NCBI GenBank assembly: GCA_963708135.1
Contig: OY970192.1
Span: 4,160,001-4,224,000, forward strand
Direction of reading: 5' to 3'
Origin: an uncultured Gemmatimonadales bacterium
Lineage (GTDB): Bacteria; Gemmatimonadota; Gemmatimonadetes; Longimicrobiales; RSA9
Length of the DNA stretch: 64,000 nt
Shown here in pieces: positions 29,462 to 38,207 of this stretch. The notes under the pieces were generated by a model. That model saw only the letters and a program-made list of their open reading frames with translations. It searched no databases and was not told the DNA's origin. Position numbers and translations under genes: made by a program. Positions within the stretch are counted from its first letter, which is position 1. Each line of letters begins with the position of its first letter.

Positions 29462-31357
29462 CTAGAGCTTCCTGATGTTGTTGCTTCGCACGACGTCCAC
29501 GATGACGGTGTCGGGGTCGAGCACGACCTCGCTCGGGCGGGTGGGGGTCACGACTTCGACGGTCTGGCTGCGATCGTGGGAGTCGAGGCGCTTGCGCACG
29601 CTGCCGACCTGGAGGGTCACGGGCATCCAGGCCTCGCCCGCGCGCGTGACCTCCACGGTGGTCTTCCAGCTCCCATCGGGCTGCTCGGCGGTCGTCGCCC
29701 CGGCGACGGCGTAGTCCAGCGTATCGGTGGTGTGGAACCACTCGTCGAAGAACCAGTCGAGCTTCTGGCCGCTGGCTTCCTCCATGGCGTGCTGGAAGTC
29801 GGCGAGGGTGACGTGGGTGAGCTCGTTCTCGGCGTAGTAGGCGCGCAGCCCGCGGGCCATGACGTCGTCACCGAGGTAGGCCTGGAGCATCCGGTAGACC
29901 ACCGACGGCTTCGTATAGGTCATGAGGTTGTAGGTGCGGAAGTCCCGGAACTGGGCGGACTCGAGGTCGAGCGGCTGCGAGACGCCGGCGCTGTCGAGGC
30001 TGGCGACACCGGCGAAGGAGCGGTCCCAGATGTCGGGGTTGCCGTGGGTCTGGAAGTACCACGCGGTCTGGAACGATGTGAAGCCCTCGTCCAGGTAGCC
30101 CTCCCGCCACTCGTTGTTGGCCAGGATGCCCATGGTGTAGTTGTGGCCGAGCTCGTGGATGATCAGGCCGAGCCCGGGGCCGCCGAGCATGATGACCATG
30201 GGGAACTCCGTGCCGCCGCCCTCGATGCGGTGGAGGCTCGTGATCTGGGGCCAGGCGAAGGGGCCGTAGATGCGCTCGAGCCAGGCGAGGGCGGTCCTGG
30301 TGTTTTCGAGGGCGGCCTCGTGCCACGCGGTGTCGCCGGGCTCGTAGAGCACGTGGATCGCGACCTTCCCCAGATGACCTCCCTCGTACGTGTAGTCGGG
30401 CGCGGTGCTCCAGGCGAAGTTGTGGACCATCTTCGCGAGCCAGCGGATGCGCCGGCGGCCGGCGGCGGGCGCGCCCTCGATGAGCCCCAGGGCCTCGGCG
30501 GCGGGGGCGGCGCCATAGACGTCGCGGCCGTAGAAGAGGGAGTCGGCGAAGCCGGACGCGGCGACGGCGGCCCAGCCGGGGTCGCCCTCGATGGGGACGC
30601 CGGTGGCGCCCACGACCTGGTCGGCGGCGAGGTCCATGGTGACGTCGTAGGTGCCGAACTCGCCGTAGAACTCGCCCTGCGGCATTAGGGCGTGGGGCTC
30701 CCAGCCGCGCTGGTCGTAGACGGCCACCTTGGGGAACCACTGGGCGAAGTCGTAGTGGCGGCCGCGGCGGCCCTGGCGGCGGGGCAGCGTGGAGGGGCGG
30801 GCGTCCCAGCCCATGTCGAAGGTGACTGTCGCGCCGGGCTGGATGGCGCGCGGCAGCGCGAACCCGACGACGGTGGAGTCCGGGGCGCCCGGATAGAGGG
30901 GTGTGAGCGGCCTGCCCTCGAAGCGCATGAAGTGGAGGTGGTCGAAGGCCTGGTCCTCGGGCGAGAGGTCCTGGAAGCGGCGGATCCCGAACTCGAGCTC
31001 GCGGCGTGCCCACGCGCTGTTGGGGCGGAACGCGTTCAGGTAGAGGTGGAAATAGACGCTGTCGAGCGCGTTGGCGGAGTTGTTGGTGTAGCGCAGCCGG
31101 GCGCGACCGTGGAGCACCTCGGCGCGGTCGTCGAGGACGGCCTCCATCCGATAGGCGATGTGCTGCTGGAAGTAGCCGGGGCGCCAGGGCTTCGCGGGCG
31201 TCGCGGCGGCGCGCGCGGCCGGCCTCCTGGCCGCGGCGGTGTCGGCCCCGGGAGTCGGGGCGGCAGCGGGAGCGGGGCCGTGGGCGCAGGCGCCGGTTGC
31301 GGCGGCGGCGAGCGCGAGCACGAGGGGCTGGATGAGGGATCGGCTGGCTCGGGGCAT
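29462..31357 (-). CDS. M1-family metallopeptidase (lipoprotein)
   Basis: Lipobox ATGAC; AQWFPK, EFGTYDV, GGTEFP, HELGH..EGYLDEGF. Confidence 0.9.
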   Translation of the reverse strand: MPRASRSLIQPLVLALAAAATGACAHGPAPAAAPTPGADTAAARRPAARAAATPAKPWRPGYFQQHIAYRMEAVLDDRAEVLHGRARLRYTNNSANALDSVYFHLYLNAFRPNSAWARRELEFGIRRFQDLSPEDQAFDHLHFMRFEGRPLTPLYPGAPDSTVVGFALPRAIQPGATVTFDMGWDARPSTLPRRQGRRGRHYDFAQWFPKVAVYDQRGWEPHALMPQGEFYGEFGTYDVTMDLAADQVVGATGVPIEGDPGWAAVAASGFADSLFYGRDVYGAAPAAEALGLIEGAPAAGRRRIRWLAKMVHNFAWSTAPDYTYEGGHLGKVAIHVLYEPGDTAWHEAALENTRTALAWLERIYGPFAWPQITSLHRIEGGGTEFPMVIMLGGPGLGLIIHELGHNYTMGILANNEWREGYLDEGFTSFQTAWYFQTHGNPDIWDRSFAGVASLDSAGVSQPLDLESAQFRDFRTYNLMTYTKPSVVYRMLQAYLGDDVMARGLRAYYAENELTHVTLADFQHAMEEASGQKLDWFFDEWFHTTDTLDYAVAGATTAEQPDGSWKTTVEVTRAGEAWMPVTLQVGSVRKRLDSHDRSQTVEVVTPTRPSEVVLDPDTVIVDVVRSNNIRKL

Positions 31358-31445
31358 CGTGCTCCGTCGGTCGGGGAGGCGGTCGGGCGCGTGGCGCCGC
31401 GGCGAATCTAGGGCGGTCGGGAGAGGGCGGCCACCCTTGGTGCGA

Positions 31446-31475
31446 TGTAAACGCAAGCCGGCCTCGTCGCGTCCC
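31446..31475 (+). promoter_or_regulatory. Putative ECF sigma promoter (autoregulatory)
   Basis: TGTAAAC-N17-CGTCCC directly upstream of the ECF sigma gene. Confidence 0.5.
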
Positions 31476-31526
31476 ATGGGCGTGGGGGGAGCGAACGCCG
31501 GAGGTGGCTTGGCTTCGGAAACGGGC

Positions 31527-32117
31527 ATGGACGAGGCGGCGCTCCTTGCGCTGGTCGAGCGCGCGCGTGGCGGCGACGCCGGGGCGGGGCAAGCGCTCGC
31601 CGCTCGCGCACGGCCGCTGCTCGCGCGCTGGGCCCTGGCCCGGACCGGCGACGCGGCGGCGGCGGAGGACGTGGCGCAGTCGGTCCTGCTCCGGCTGGAC
31701 GGCGCGCTGGCCCGCTTCGATGGCCGCTCGCGCTTCACCACGTGGCTGTTCCGCGTGTGCGCCAACGCCGCCACGGCGTGGCAGCGGCGCGAGGCCGCGG
31801 AGGCGGCGCGGCGGGAGCGGCTCGGCGCGGTGCCGCGGGATCCGCCCGCCGGCGGGGGGGCGGCCGCGGCCGCGGCCGACCGGGTGAGCGACGCGCGCGC
31901 CGCGGCCCTGGTCCGCCACTTCTTCACGATGCTGCCGGCGGGGCAGCGCCAGGTGTTCGACCTGGTGGACCTGCAGGGCTACACCCCGACGGAGGCGGCC
32001 GAGATGCTCGAGCTCAGCGCCGGCACGGCGCGGGCCCACCTGTTCCGGGCGCGCCGCTCGATCCGGCAGCGGATCCTGGAGTGGCACCCCGAGATCTACG
32101 AGGACTACCGGCAATGA
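31527..32117 (+). CDS. ECF RNA polymerase sigma factor (alternative start ATG 31476)
   Basis: AEDVAQ, RFDGRSRFTTWLFRV..N, QRQVFDLVDLQG...EAAEML...GTARAHLFRAR. Confidence 0.92.
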   Translation: MDEAALLALVERARGGDAGAGQALAARARPLLARWALARTGDAAAAEDVAQSVLLRLDGALARFDGRSRFTTWLFRVCANAATAWQRREAAEAARRERLGAVPRDPPAGGGAAAAAADRVSDARAAALVRHFFTMLPAGQRQVFDLVDLQGYTPTEAAEMLELSAGTARAHLFRARRSIRQRILEWHPEIYEDYRQ

Positions 32118-32689
32118 CCTGTGGCGCGTGGCGCGACCGGATGCTCGAGGCGGATCCCGCCGAGCTGCGCGGCCGGGAGGCGACGCCGCTCGCCGCGCAC
32201 CTGGCGGCGTGCGCCGACTGCGCGGCCGTGGCGCGCCGGATCCTGGAGGGCGAGGCCGGGCTGGACGCCGCGCTCGGCGGGCTGGCGGCGGAGGCCGGGA
32301 GGGGAGCCGGATACGGCGAAGCCACGGAATACGGCGAAACGCAGGGTGGCGGAGTGAGGGCGCGGCGGTGGCGGAAGGTGCTGCCCTGGGCGGTGCCGGT
32401 GGCGCTGGCGGCGGCGGCGGGGGGGGTGTGGCTGGGGGTGCGGGGCGGGCGGTCCGTCGCGCCGGGGGGAGCGGGCGTGGTGGAGGCGCCGGCGGAGAGC
32501 GGGCAGGCTGGCCGGAGTGCGCGGCCGGGAGCGCCGGACGCGATCGGCGGCGTGGTGGGAGCGGGGCGCGCGGCGGGCGGTGGGCGCGGCGGGGTCGCCG
32601 TCTCGGCCGCGCGGGACTACGTGGTCTTCCAGACGGACGATCCGGACATCGCGGTGGTCTGGTTCCTGACACCCCGGAGGGGGCTATGA
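32114..32689 (+). CDS. Zinc-finger (ZAS-type) transmembrane anti-sigma factor
   Basis: HLAACADC (HxxxCxxC), one TM helix, ATGA overlap with the sigma gene. Confidence 0.8.
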   Translation: MTCGAWRDRMLEADPAELRGREATPLAAHLAACADCAAVARRILEGEAGLDAALGGLAAEAGRGAGYGEATEYGETQGGGVRARRWRKVLPWAVPVALAAAAGGVWLGVRGGRSVAPGGAGVVEAPAESGQAGRSARPGAPDAIGGVVGAGRAAGGGRGGVAVSAARDYVVFQTDDPDIAVVWFLTPRRGL

Positions 32690-33372
32690 GCGCAGGGAGG
32701 CGGACGGCCGCGCTGGCGGCCGTGCTGATGACGGCAGTGCTGGCGGCGGGAGGGTGCGCGCGCGACTCGCACCTCGAGACGCGCACGTTCCGGCTGCAAC
32801 GGATGAACCCGGACGACGCGCTCAAGATCGTGCAGCCGTACGTGTACCCGGACCGTTCGGGGGCGCACGGGGCGGTGAGCGCGACGCGGCAGGCGCTCAC
32901 CGTGCGCGAGCTGCCCGAGAACCTGGACCGGATCGCGGCGGTGCTCAAGGAGTACGACGCGGCGCCGGAGAACGTGCTGCTGCGGTTCCAGCTGATCGAG
33001 GCGGACGGCTTCGCGGGGCGGGACACGGCGATCGCGGCCGTGGAGTCGCAACTGCGGAAGCTGTTCCGGTTTGGCGGCTACCGGCTGGCGGCGAGCACGG
33101 TCGTTCAGGGGATGGCAGGGAGCTTCGTGCGGCAGGCGGTCTCGGACGCGGCGACGCCGTACACGATCGCGGCAGGGGTGGGCCGGCTGGAGGACGAGCC
33201 GAAGGGGCGGCGTGTGCCGCTGAACGTCTCCCTCATGGGACCCGGCAACCAGCGGCTGATCGAGGCGTCCGTCGATGTGCGGGACGGGCAGACGGTCGTG
33301 CTCGGCACCGCGCGGCCCGACCCGCGGAAGGGCGCGGTCATCCTGGTCGTGACCCCGACGATCGGAAGCTGA
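32686..33372 (+). CDS. Lipoprotein with secretin N-domain (NolW-like) region
   Basis: Lipobox LAAGGC; TRTFRLQ..LTVRELPENLDRIAAVLKEYD..P.NVLLRFQLIEA; DGQTVVLG..ILVVTP. Confidence 0.65.
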   Translation: MSAGRRTAALAAVLMTAVLAAGGCARDSHLETRTFRLQRMNPDDALKIVQPYVYPDRSGAHGAVSATRQALTVRELPENLDRIAAVLKEYDAAPENVLLRFQLIEADGFAGRDTAIAAVESQLRKLFRFGGYRLAASTVVQGMAGSFVRQAVSDAATPYTIAAGVGRLEDEPKGRRVPLNVSLMGPGNQRLIEASVDVRDGQTVVLGTARPDPRKGAVILVVTPTIGS

Positions 33373-33556
33373 GCCGCGGGCGGCCACCACGCCGGGGAGG
33401 AGCCCGGCGCGGACGCCGCGGGCGAGCCGGCGCGCGGCTGGCCGGACGAGCATGGTGCGGCCGTGCCGGGGTGGCCATCTTGGCGGGAGAACCGGCCCGG
33501 CCTGCGGCCATGGCGGCCGCGGGGCCGGCCGGCCGACCGGAACGAAGGAGGCCACG

Positions 33557-33946
33557 ATGCTGCGGAGGATGCTCGGTCCCGTGCTGGCGGGGCTCGCAAT
33601 CGCGGCGTGCGCCAGCGCGCCCTCGCAGGGGACGCGGCCGAAGGGCGCGCGGGACACGATCACCCGGCAGGAGATCCTGGACGCGAACGTCCAGGATGCG
33701 TACGAGGCGGTCCGGCGGCTGCGGCCGCAGATGCTGACCACGCACGGCTCGGTCTCGATCCGCTCGCCCGGGGCGGACCAGCCGATCGTGTATGTGGACG
33801 GCGTGCGGATGGGCGGGCTGGACGCGCTCTCCTCCATCCGGGCCGAGCAGGTCATGGAGATCCGCTGGATCAGCCCGAGCGACGCCACCACCCGCTACGG
33901 GACGGACCACACGGGTGGCGTGATCGAGGTCATCACGGTCCACTGA
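33557..33946 (+). CDS. Small lipoprotein consisting of a TonB plug-like domain
   Basis: AGGAGG RBS; lipobox IAAC; ITRQEI..AYEAVRRLRP, PIVYVDG, DATTRYGT..GGVIEV. Confidence 0.75.
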   Translation: MLRRMLGPVLAGLAIAACASAPSQGTRPKGARDTITRQEILDANVQDAYEAVRRLRPQMLTTHGSVSIRSPGADQPIVYVDGVRMGGLDALSSIRAEQVMEIRWISPSDATTRYGTDHTGGVIEVITVH

Positions 33947-34056
33947 GACGGCCGGGAATCCGGCGCGCGCCGACCGGTCGGAGCGGTCGTTGCGGAGCTG
34001 ACGCGGCCAGCCCGCCGGCGGCGCCTCGTCGCGGCGGGCCCCCCGCGGCCCGCGCT

Positions 34057-35397
34057 TCAGCCGAGCAGCCCTCGGAAGCGCGCCGGGTCGATGGCGTAGC
34101 CGGGGAAGACGCGCTCCAAGTGCTCCGCCCCGAGCTGCCGGGTCGCGATCTCGGCGAAGACATCTCGGAAATCGGTGGTGACGGCCAGGTCGCGACCCTG
34201 ATAAAGGCGGTCGGGCTCGAGCCCGGGCCACTCGCCGTGGACCTTCCCGCCGTTCACCTCCCCGCCCATCAACAGCATGCAGTTGGCGTGACCGTGGTCG
34301 GTGCCGCCGGTGCCGTTCTCGGCCACGGTCCGGCCGAACTCGGACATGGTGAGCACGACCACGTCGCGCATGCGCTCGCCGAGGTCGTCGCGCAGGGCGC
34401 GCAGCCCCTGCCCCAGGTCCGCCAGCCGGCGCGCGAGCTGCCCCTCCGGGCCGCCCTGCGCGAAATGGGTGTCCCACCCGCCCAGGTCGGTGAAGGCGAT
34501 CTCCATGCCCACGTCCGCCTTGATCAGCTGCGCGATCTGGCGGAGCGAGCGGCCGAAGTCGCCCGGCGGATAGCGGACGCCGTCGGCCGGGCGGTAGCGC
34601 GTCGGGTCGGCGCGCTTCAGGATCTGCATCGCCTCGAAGGCATCGTCCGCCGCGCCGCTCACCGCATCGCCGCTCTCCGTGTGGTAGAGGCGCTCGAACG
34701 TGCCGGTCAGGGAGGCGTCGCGGCCACCGGCCACGCCGAAGTGGTCGAGGTCCGCGATGGCGAGCGCGGGGTGGGCGCCGCGGAGCGAGAGCGGAAGCTC
34801 CGCTCCGAGGGCGACGCCGCGCAGCGCCTCGACGCCGGCCCGCTCCGCCATCTTCGCCTGGCCGAGCCGGTGGTCGGCGGCGTGGAGCGCGGGACTCGCC
34901 AGGGTGCGGCCGGAGCACTCGGCGCAGCCGGACTCGGCCAGCACGCGGTCGAGCCAGCCGTCGCGGGCGGAGCGCACGCCCGGCATGGCCGTTTCCATGA
35001 AGTCCTGGGCATCGAAGTGCGAGCGTGTCGGGTCGGGGGAGCCCACCGCCTGCACGATGGCGAGCTCCTTCCGGCGGAACAGCTCGTGGAGCGGCGCGAG
35101 CGCGGGATTCAGCGCGAAGAAGCCGTCCAGGTCGAGCGCCGCCGTGGCGCCGCCGCTCCGTGGCGGCGGGATCGCGATCGAGCCGCGCCCGCGGTAGTAG
35201 GCTGCCTCGCCGTACGGGACGACCATGCTGAGCCCGTCCACGGCACCGCGCTGGAAGATGCAGATGAGCGTCTTGCGGCGGGTGGCGGCGCGGGTCTCGG
35301 CCAGCAGCGAGCGCGTCATGAACTCGGGCGGGAGCCCGAGCGCGAGCAGGGCGAGGGTGCCGCTCTTGAGGAAGAGGCGACGGTTCACGGGAGGCAT
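34057..35397 (-). CDS. DUF1501-family Tat-exported protein
   Basis: NRRLFLK twin-arginine signal; FQRGAVDGLS, TRSHFDAQD, GGWDTH, SEFGRT..ENG..GTDHG. Confidence 0.9.
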   Translation of the reverse strand: MPPVNRRLFLKSGTLALLALGLPPEFMTRSLLAETRAATRRKTLICIFQRGAVDGLSMVVPYGEAAYYRGRGSIAIPPPRSGGATAALDLDGFFALNPALAPLHELFRRKELAIVQAVGSPDPTRSHFDAQDFMETAMPGVRSARDGWLDRVLAESGCAECSGRTLASPALHAADHRLGQAKMAERAGVEALRGVALGAELPLSLRGAHPALAIADLDHFGVAGGRDASLTGTFERLYHTESGDAVSGAADDAFEAMQILKRADPTRYRPADGVRYPPGDFGRSLRQIAQLIKADVGMEIAFTDLGGWDTHFAQGGPEGQLARRLADLGQGLRALRDDLGERMRDVVVLTMSEFGRTVAENGTGGTDHGHANCMLLMGGEVNGGKVHGEWPGLEPDRLYQGRDLAVTTDFRDVFAEIATRQLGAEHLERVFPGYAIDPARFRGLLG

Positions 35398-35406
35398 GGG
35401 CCGCTC

Positions 35407-37182
35407 CTATCTCCGCTGGAAGTCGGGGGAGCCGAGGACGAGGCCCGCGGCGCGCGCGAGGCGGGCGCGCGTGGGCAGCGCGGCGTGCTCGGCGAGGTCG
35501 GCGTCCACGGCGCGCTCGAGCTGCGCGGTCGGCGTGCCCGGCAGCAGCCGGGAGGCCAGGACGTGCACGGCGGCATCGGTGGCGACACCGCCGCCGCCAG
35601 CGTCCCCGGCGAGCGCGGGCACATCGATGCGCACGCCGTCCACGCGGCCGGCCGCGAGGGCCAGGCCGAGGTTCATCCGGGTGAGCAGCGCCCCGCTGTT
35701 CACCCAGTCGTCGGAGCGGGCGGGATACCCGGTCGGGAAGGAGGCGAGGTAGGGCGCCTCTCCGAGCGTGCGGAGCGTCTGCACGAGCATGCGCGAGGGC
35801 CCGACCTCCGCGTCCGTCGCCCGCAGCGCGCTGGCCACGAGCTCGAACGGCGTCTTCACCTTGCGATCGGCAGCGCCGCTCGCGTAGAGCTCGGGCGCGG
35901 TGAAGAGGGCGCGCGTCAGCGCGCGGAGGTCGCCGTGGGTGTCCAGGAAGACTCTGGCGAGACGGTCCACCAGCGCGGGAGGCGGCGCGTCGGAGACGAA
36001 GCGCTCGGCCAGCTCCCGCGCGATGTGGTGGGCGGTGGCCGGGCTGGTGGCCAGCACGTGCAGCACGTCCAGGCCGTCCTGCATCCCCCGGCCGGCGGCG
36101 AGGGCGTGGCCGAGGACGACCTTCTCGCCGTGGTCGTGCATGCGAGGCCGGAAGACGAAGCGCGGCTCCGCGGCCGCGGGCCGCATGCTGCCGCCGCCAG
36201 CGGCCCGGCGCGCGCCCGGACCGCCGCGGTCGAGGGTCCAGCCGGAGAAGGCACGCGCCACCTCGATCACGTCCTGCTGCGTGTAGCCGCCGTCCACGCC
36301 CAGCGTGTGGAGCTCCATCAGCTCGCGGGCGTAGTTCTCGTTGATGCCCGGCTGGCTGGCCGCGAGGTTCGCGGCCGCGCGGCGGAGGCGCTGGAGCTGG
36401 GCCTCGGTGATGCGGCCGGAGCGGGCCAGCGCATCCTGCTGCCCGGGCGAGAGCGCTGCGAAGCGCCGCAGCCGCTCGAGCGGGCGCGCCACGCTCGGAT
36501 CCGTGGTGTCCGGCACCACGCTGCGCCAGTTGTCGAGGTAGACCAGCATGGCCGGGTGCTCGGCCGTGGCGCGCAGCATGTCCTCGAAGCGGCCGAAGAC
36601 GTAGGGGCGGATCGCCTCGCGCTCATAGGAGCCGATGAGGTAGCGGTCCGCCGCCTTGCCGAAGAAGACGTTGAAGTGATTGAACCAGAACTCGGTCATC
36701 ACCTCCTCGAGCTGCCGGCGCGAGTACACCGCCCGCTGCAGCCGCGCCCCGATCAGGTCGAAGGCGATCCGCGCCGGGCCGCGCATCCCGCCCCGCCTCG
36801 GCGCCGCTCCAGGCGACGCGCCCGCCGCCGCGCGCCGGCGAGCCGCCGCCGCGGGCGGGAAGGCCGCGTAGAGCTCGGCCACGCTCATCGCCGCCGCCGG
36901 GAACGCGGCCAGGCGCGCGTCCAGCGCGGAGTCGTCGATCCGCTCCGGGTGCAGCTGCCCCTCGAGCCAGCGGTCCGGCCCCAGCGCGAGCAGCTCGGCG
37001 AGCTCCGTGGGCCGGGCGCCGAAGGTCGCGCGCGAGAGCAGCCGGAGCGCGCGGGTGCTGTCGGCCTGGCCCATCCCGGCGTGGCGGCCGGAGGTCCGGG
37101 CGCCCGCCGTCGGCAGCGGCGGAGCGAGGAAGAGGCCCAGCGCGAGCACCGCCGCGGTGGTCCGGCTCGTGAGAACGGCCAT
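35407..37182 (-). CDS. DUF1800-family protein
   Basis: QLEEVMTEFWFNHFNV, HPAMLVYLDN, INENYARELMELHTLGV, KVKTPFE, SPDFQRR. Confidence 0.92.
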   Translation of the reverse strand: MAVLTSRTTAAVLALGLFLAPPLPTAGARTSGRHAGMGQADSTRALRLLSRATFGARPTELAELLALGPDRWLEGQLHPERIDDSALDARLAAFPAAAMSVAELYAAFPPAAAARRRAAAGASPGAAPRRGGMRGPARIAFDLIGARLQRAVYSRRQLEEVMTEFWFNHFNVFFGKAADRYLIGSYEREAIRPYVFGRFEDMLRATAEHPAMLVYLDNWRSVVPDTTDPSVARPLERLRRFAALSPGQQDALARSGRITEAQLQRLRRAAANLAASQPGINENYARELMELHTLGVDGGYTQQDVIEVARAFSGWTLDRGGPGARRAAGGGSMRPAAAEPRFVFRPRMHDHGEKVVLGHALAAGRGMQDGLDVLHVLATSPATAHHIARELAERFVSDAPPPALVDRLARVFLDTHGDLRALTRALFTAPELYASGAADRKVKTPFELVASALRATDAEVGPSRMLVQTLRTLGEAPYLASFPTGYPARSDDWVNSGALLTRMNLGLALAAGRVDGVRIDVPALAGDAGGGGVATDAAVHVLASRLLPGTPTAQLERAVDADLAEHAALPTRARLARAAGLVLGSPDFQRR

Positions 37183-37211
37183 GGTCGCCTCCAGTCCTGC
37201 GTGTGATGGAA

Positions 37212-37241
37212 GGGACGCGCCCGGCGCGCTGATCGTTAACC
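37212..37241 (-). promoter_or_regulatory. Putative ECF sigma promoter upstream of DUF1800-DUF1501
   Basis: Minus strand GGTTAAC-N17-CGTCCC, same layout as the motif at 31446. Confidence 0.45.
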
Positions 37242-37309
37242 GCCCGGGCCAACCATTCTCGTCGCCCGAGGTGTCCAAGAGAGCGAAGGGACTCGAGCCG
37301 GAGCCGTCC

Positions 37310-37720
37310 GTGCGCCTCATCCTCGCCATTGCCGCCACCGCGGTCGCGCTCTACATGGCCGCCATCACTGAGCCGCACGCAGCGGCCCCGCGGGCCGGCC
37401 GGTGGCGGGCGAGCTTCGCGGGCGACACCGTCGCGCTCGCGCTGGACCCCGCCGCCGGCCGGTCGATGCGGCTCGTCCTGCGGCGGGGGCGGCTGACGGC
37501 GCTCAGCATCGAGCCCGCGCTGGACGGCGCCGCCCGCATCCGGTTCAGCCTCCTTCCGCGGCGGCAGGGCGGCCGGGGCGCCCGGCTGCCCGCCTCCGCC
37601 CGCGGCGGGCTCGGCTTCGAGGGCGTGATGCGCGGCGACAGCGCCTCGGGACGCTACGCGCCGCTGCGCGCGCAGCCACTGCCGACCGGCACTCCCGCGG
37701 GGAGCGGCCCCGGGACGTAG
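37310..37720 (+). CDS. Hypothetical secreted protein
   Basis: GGAG before GTG, signal-peptide-like N-terminus (VRLILAIAATAVALYMAA); no family recognised. Confidence 0.45.
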   Translation: MRLILAIAATAVALYMAAITEPHAAAPRAGRWRASFAGDTVALALDPAAGRSMRLVLRRGRLTALSIEPALDGAARIRFSLLPRRQGGRGARLPASARGGLGFEGVMRGDSASGRYAPLRAQPLPTGTPAGSGPGT

Positions 37721-37836
37721 AGCCACGGCCCCGCCCAGAGGCCTCCCCGAACGCTCCCGCGCGTGCTATCCTACCGCCCGTCCGCCGCGCCGCCCGCGTC
37801 CGCGGCGCCGCCGTCCTCCGACTCCGAGATCCCGCC

Positions 37837-38013
37837 ATGCGACGCTCCCCGTTGCCTTCCGCTGCCGCGGGCGCGGCGATGCTTGCCCTCGCCGGTGCGC
37901 GGGCCGCGCGCGCGCAGACGCCCGCGACGATCCCCACCGACACGCGTGCGGCGGCCGAGCGGCTGCTCCAGGCCGCCGTGGCCGACAGGGGGCACGGTGA
38001 CGTTCAGGGGTAG
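37837..38013 (+). pseudogene. Truncated N-terminus of a secreted protein (resembles the start of M28-type peptidases)
   Basis: Signal peptide ending ARA-Q, then AAAERLLQAAVAD, then a stop where the G-rich repeat begins. Confidence 0.4.
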
Positions 38014-38188
38014 GGGCAGGTGGAGGGGCAGGAACGGAAGCCAGAGGGCAGGGGCAGCGGGTGAAACGGTGGCGGGGGGCGGGGCGTAGGGGGTGAGGGT
38101 GAGGGTGAGGGTGAGGGTAGGGGTAGGGGTGAGGGTAAGGGGGCCGGGGGGCGGGGGGCGGGGCCGGGGGCGGGGCCGGGGGATGGGG
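38005..38188. repeat. G-rich hexamer tandem repeats including (GGGTRR)x8
   Basis: GGGTGA/GGGTAG/GGGTAA units at 38091-38138, flanked by GGGGC-type runs. Confidence 0.9.
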
Positions 38189-38207
38189 CCGAGGATCGGA
38201 GGATGGG

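Noticed and set aside
32309..32340. Short duplication ATACGGCGAA in the anti-sigma gene (GYGEATEYGET)
   Set aside because: Two-copy in-frame linker duplication with no evident significance.
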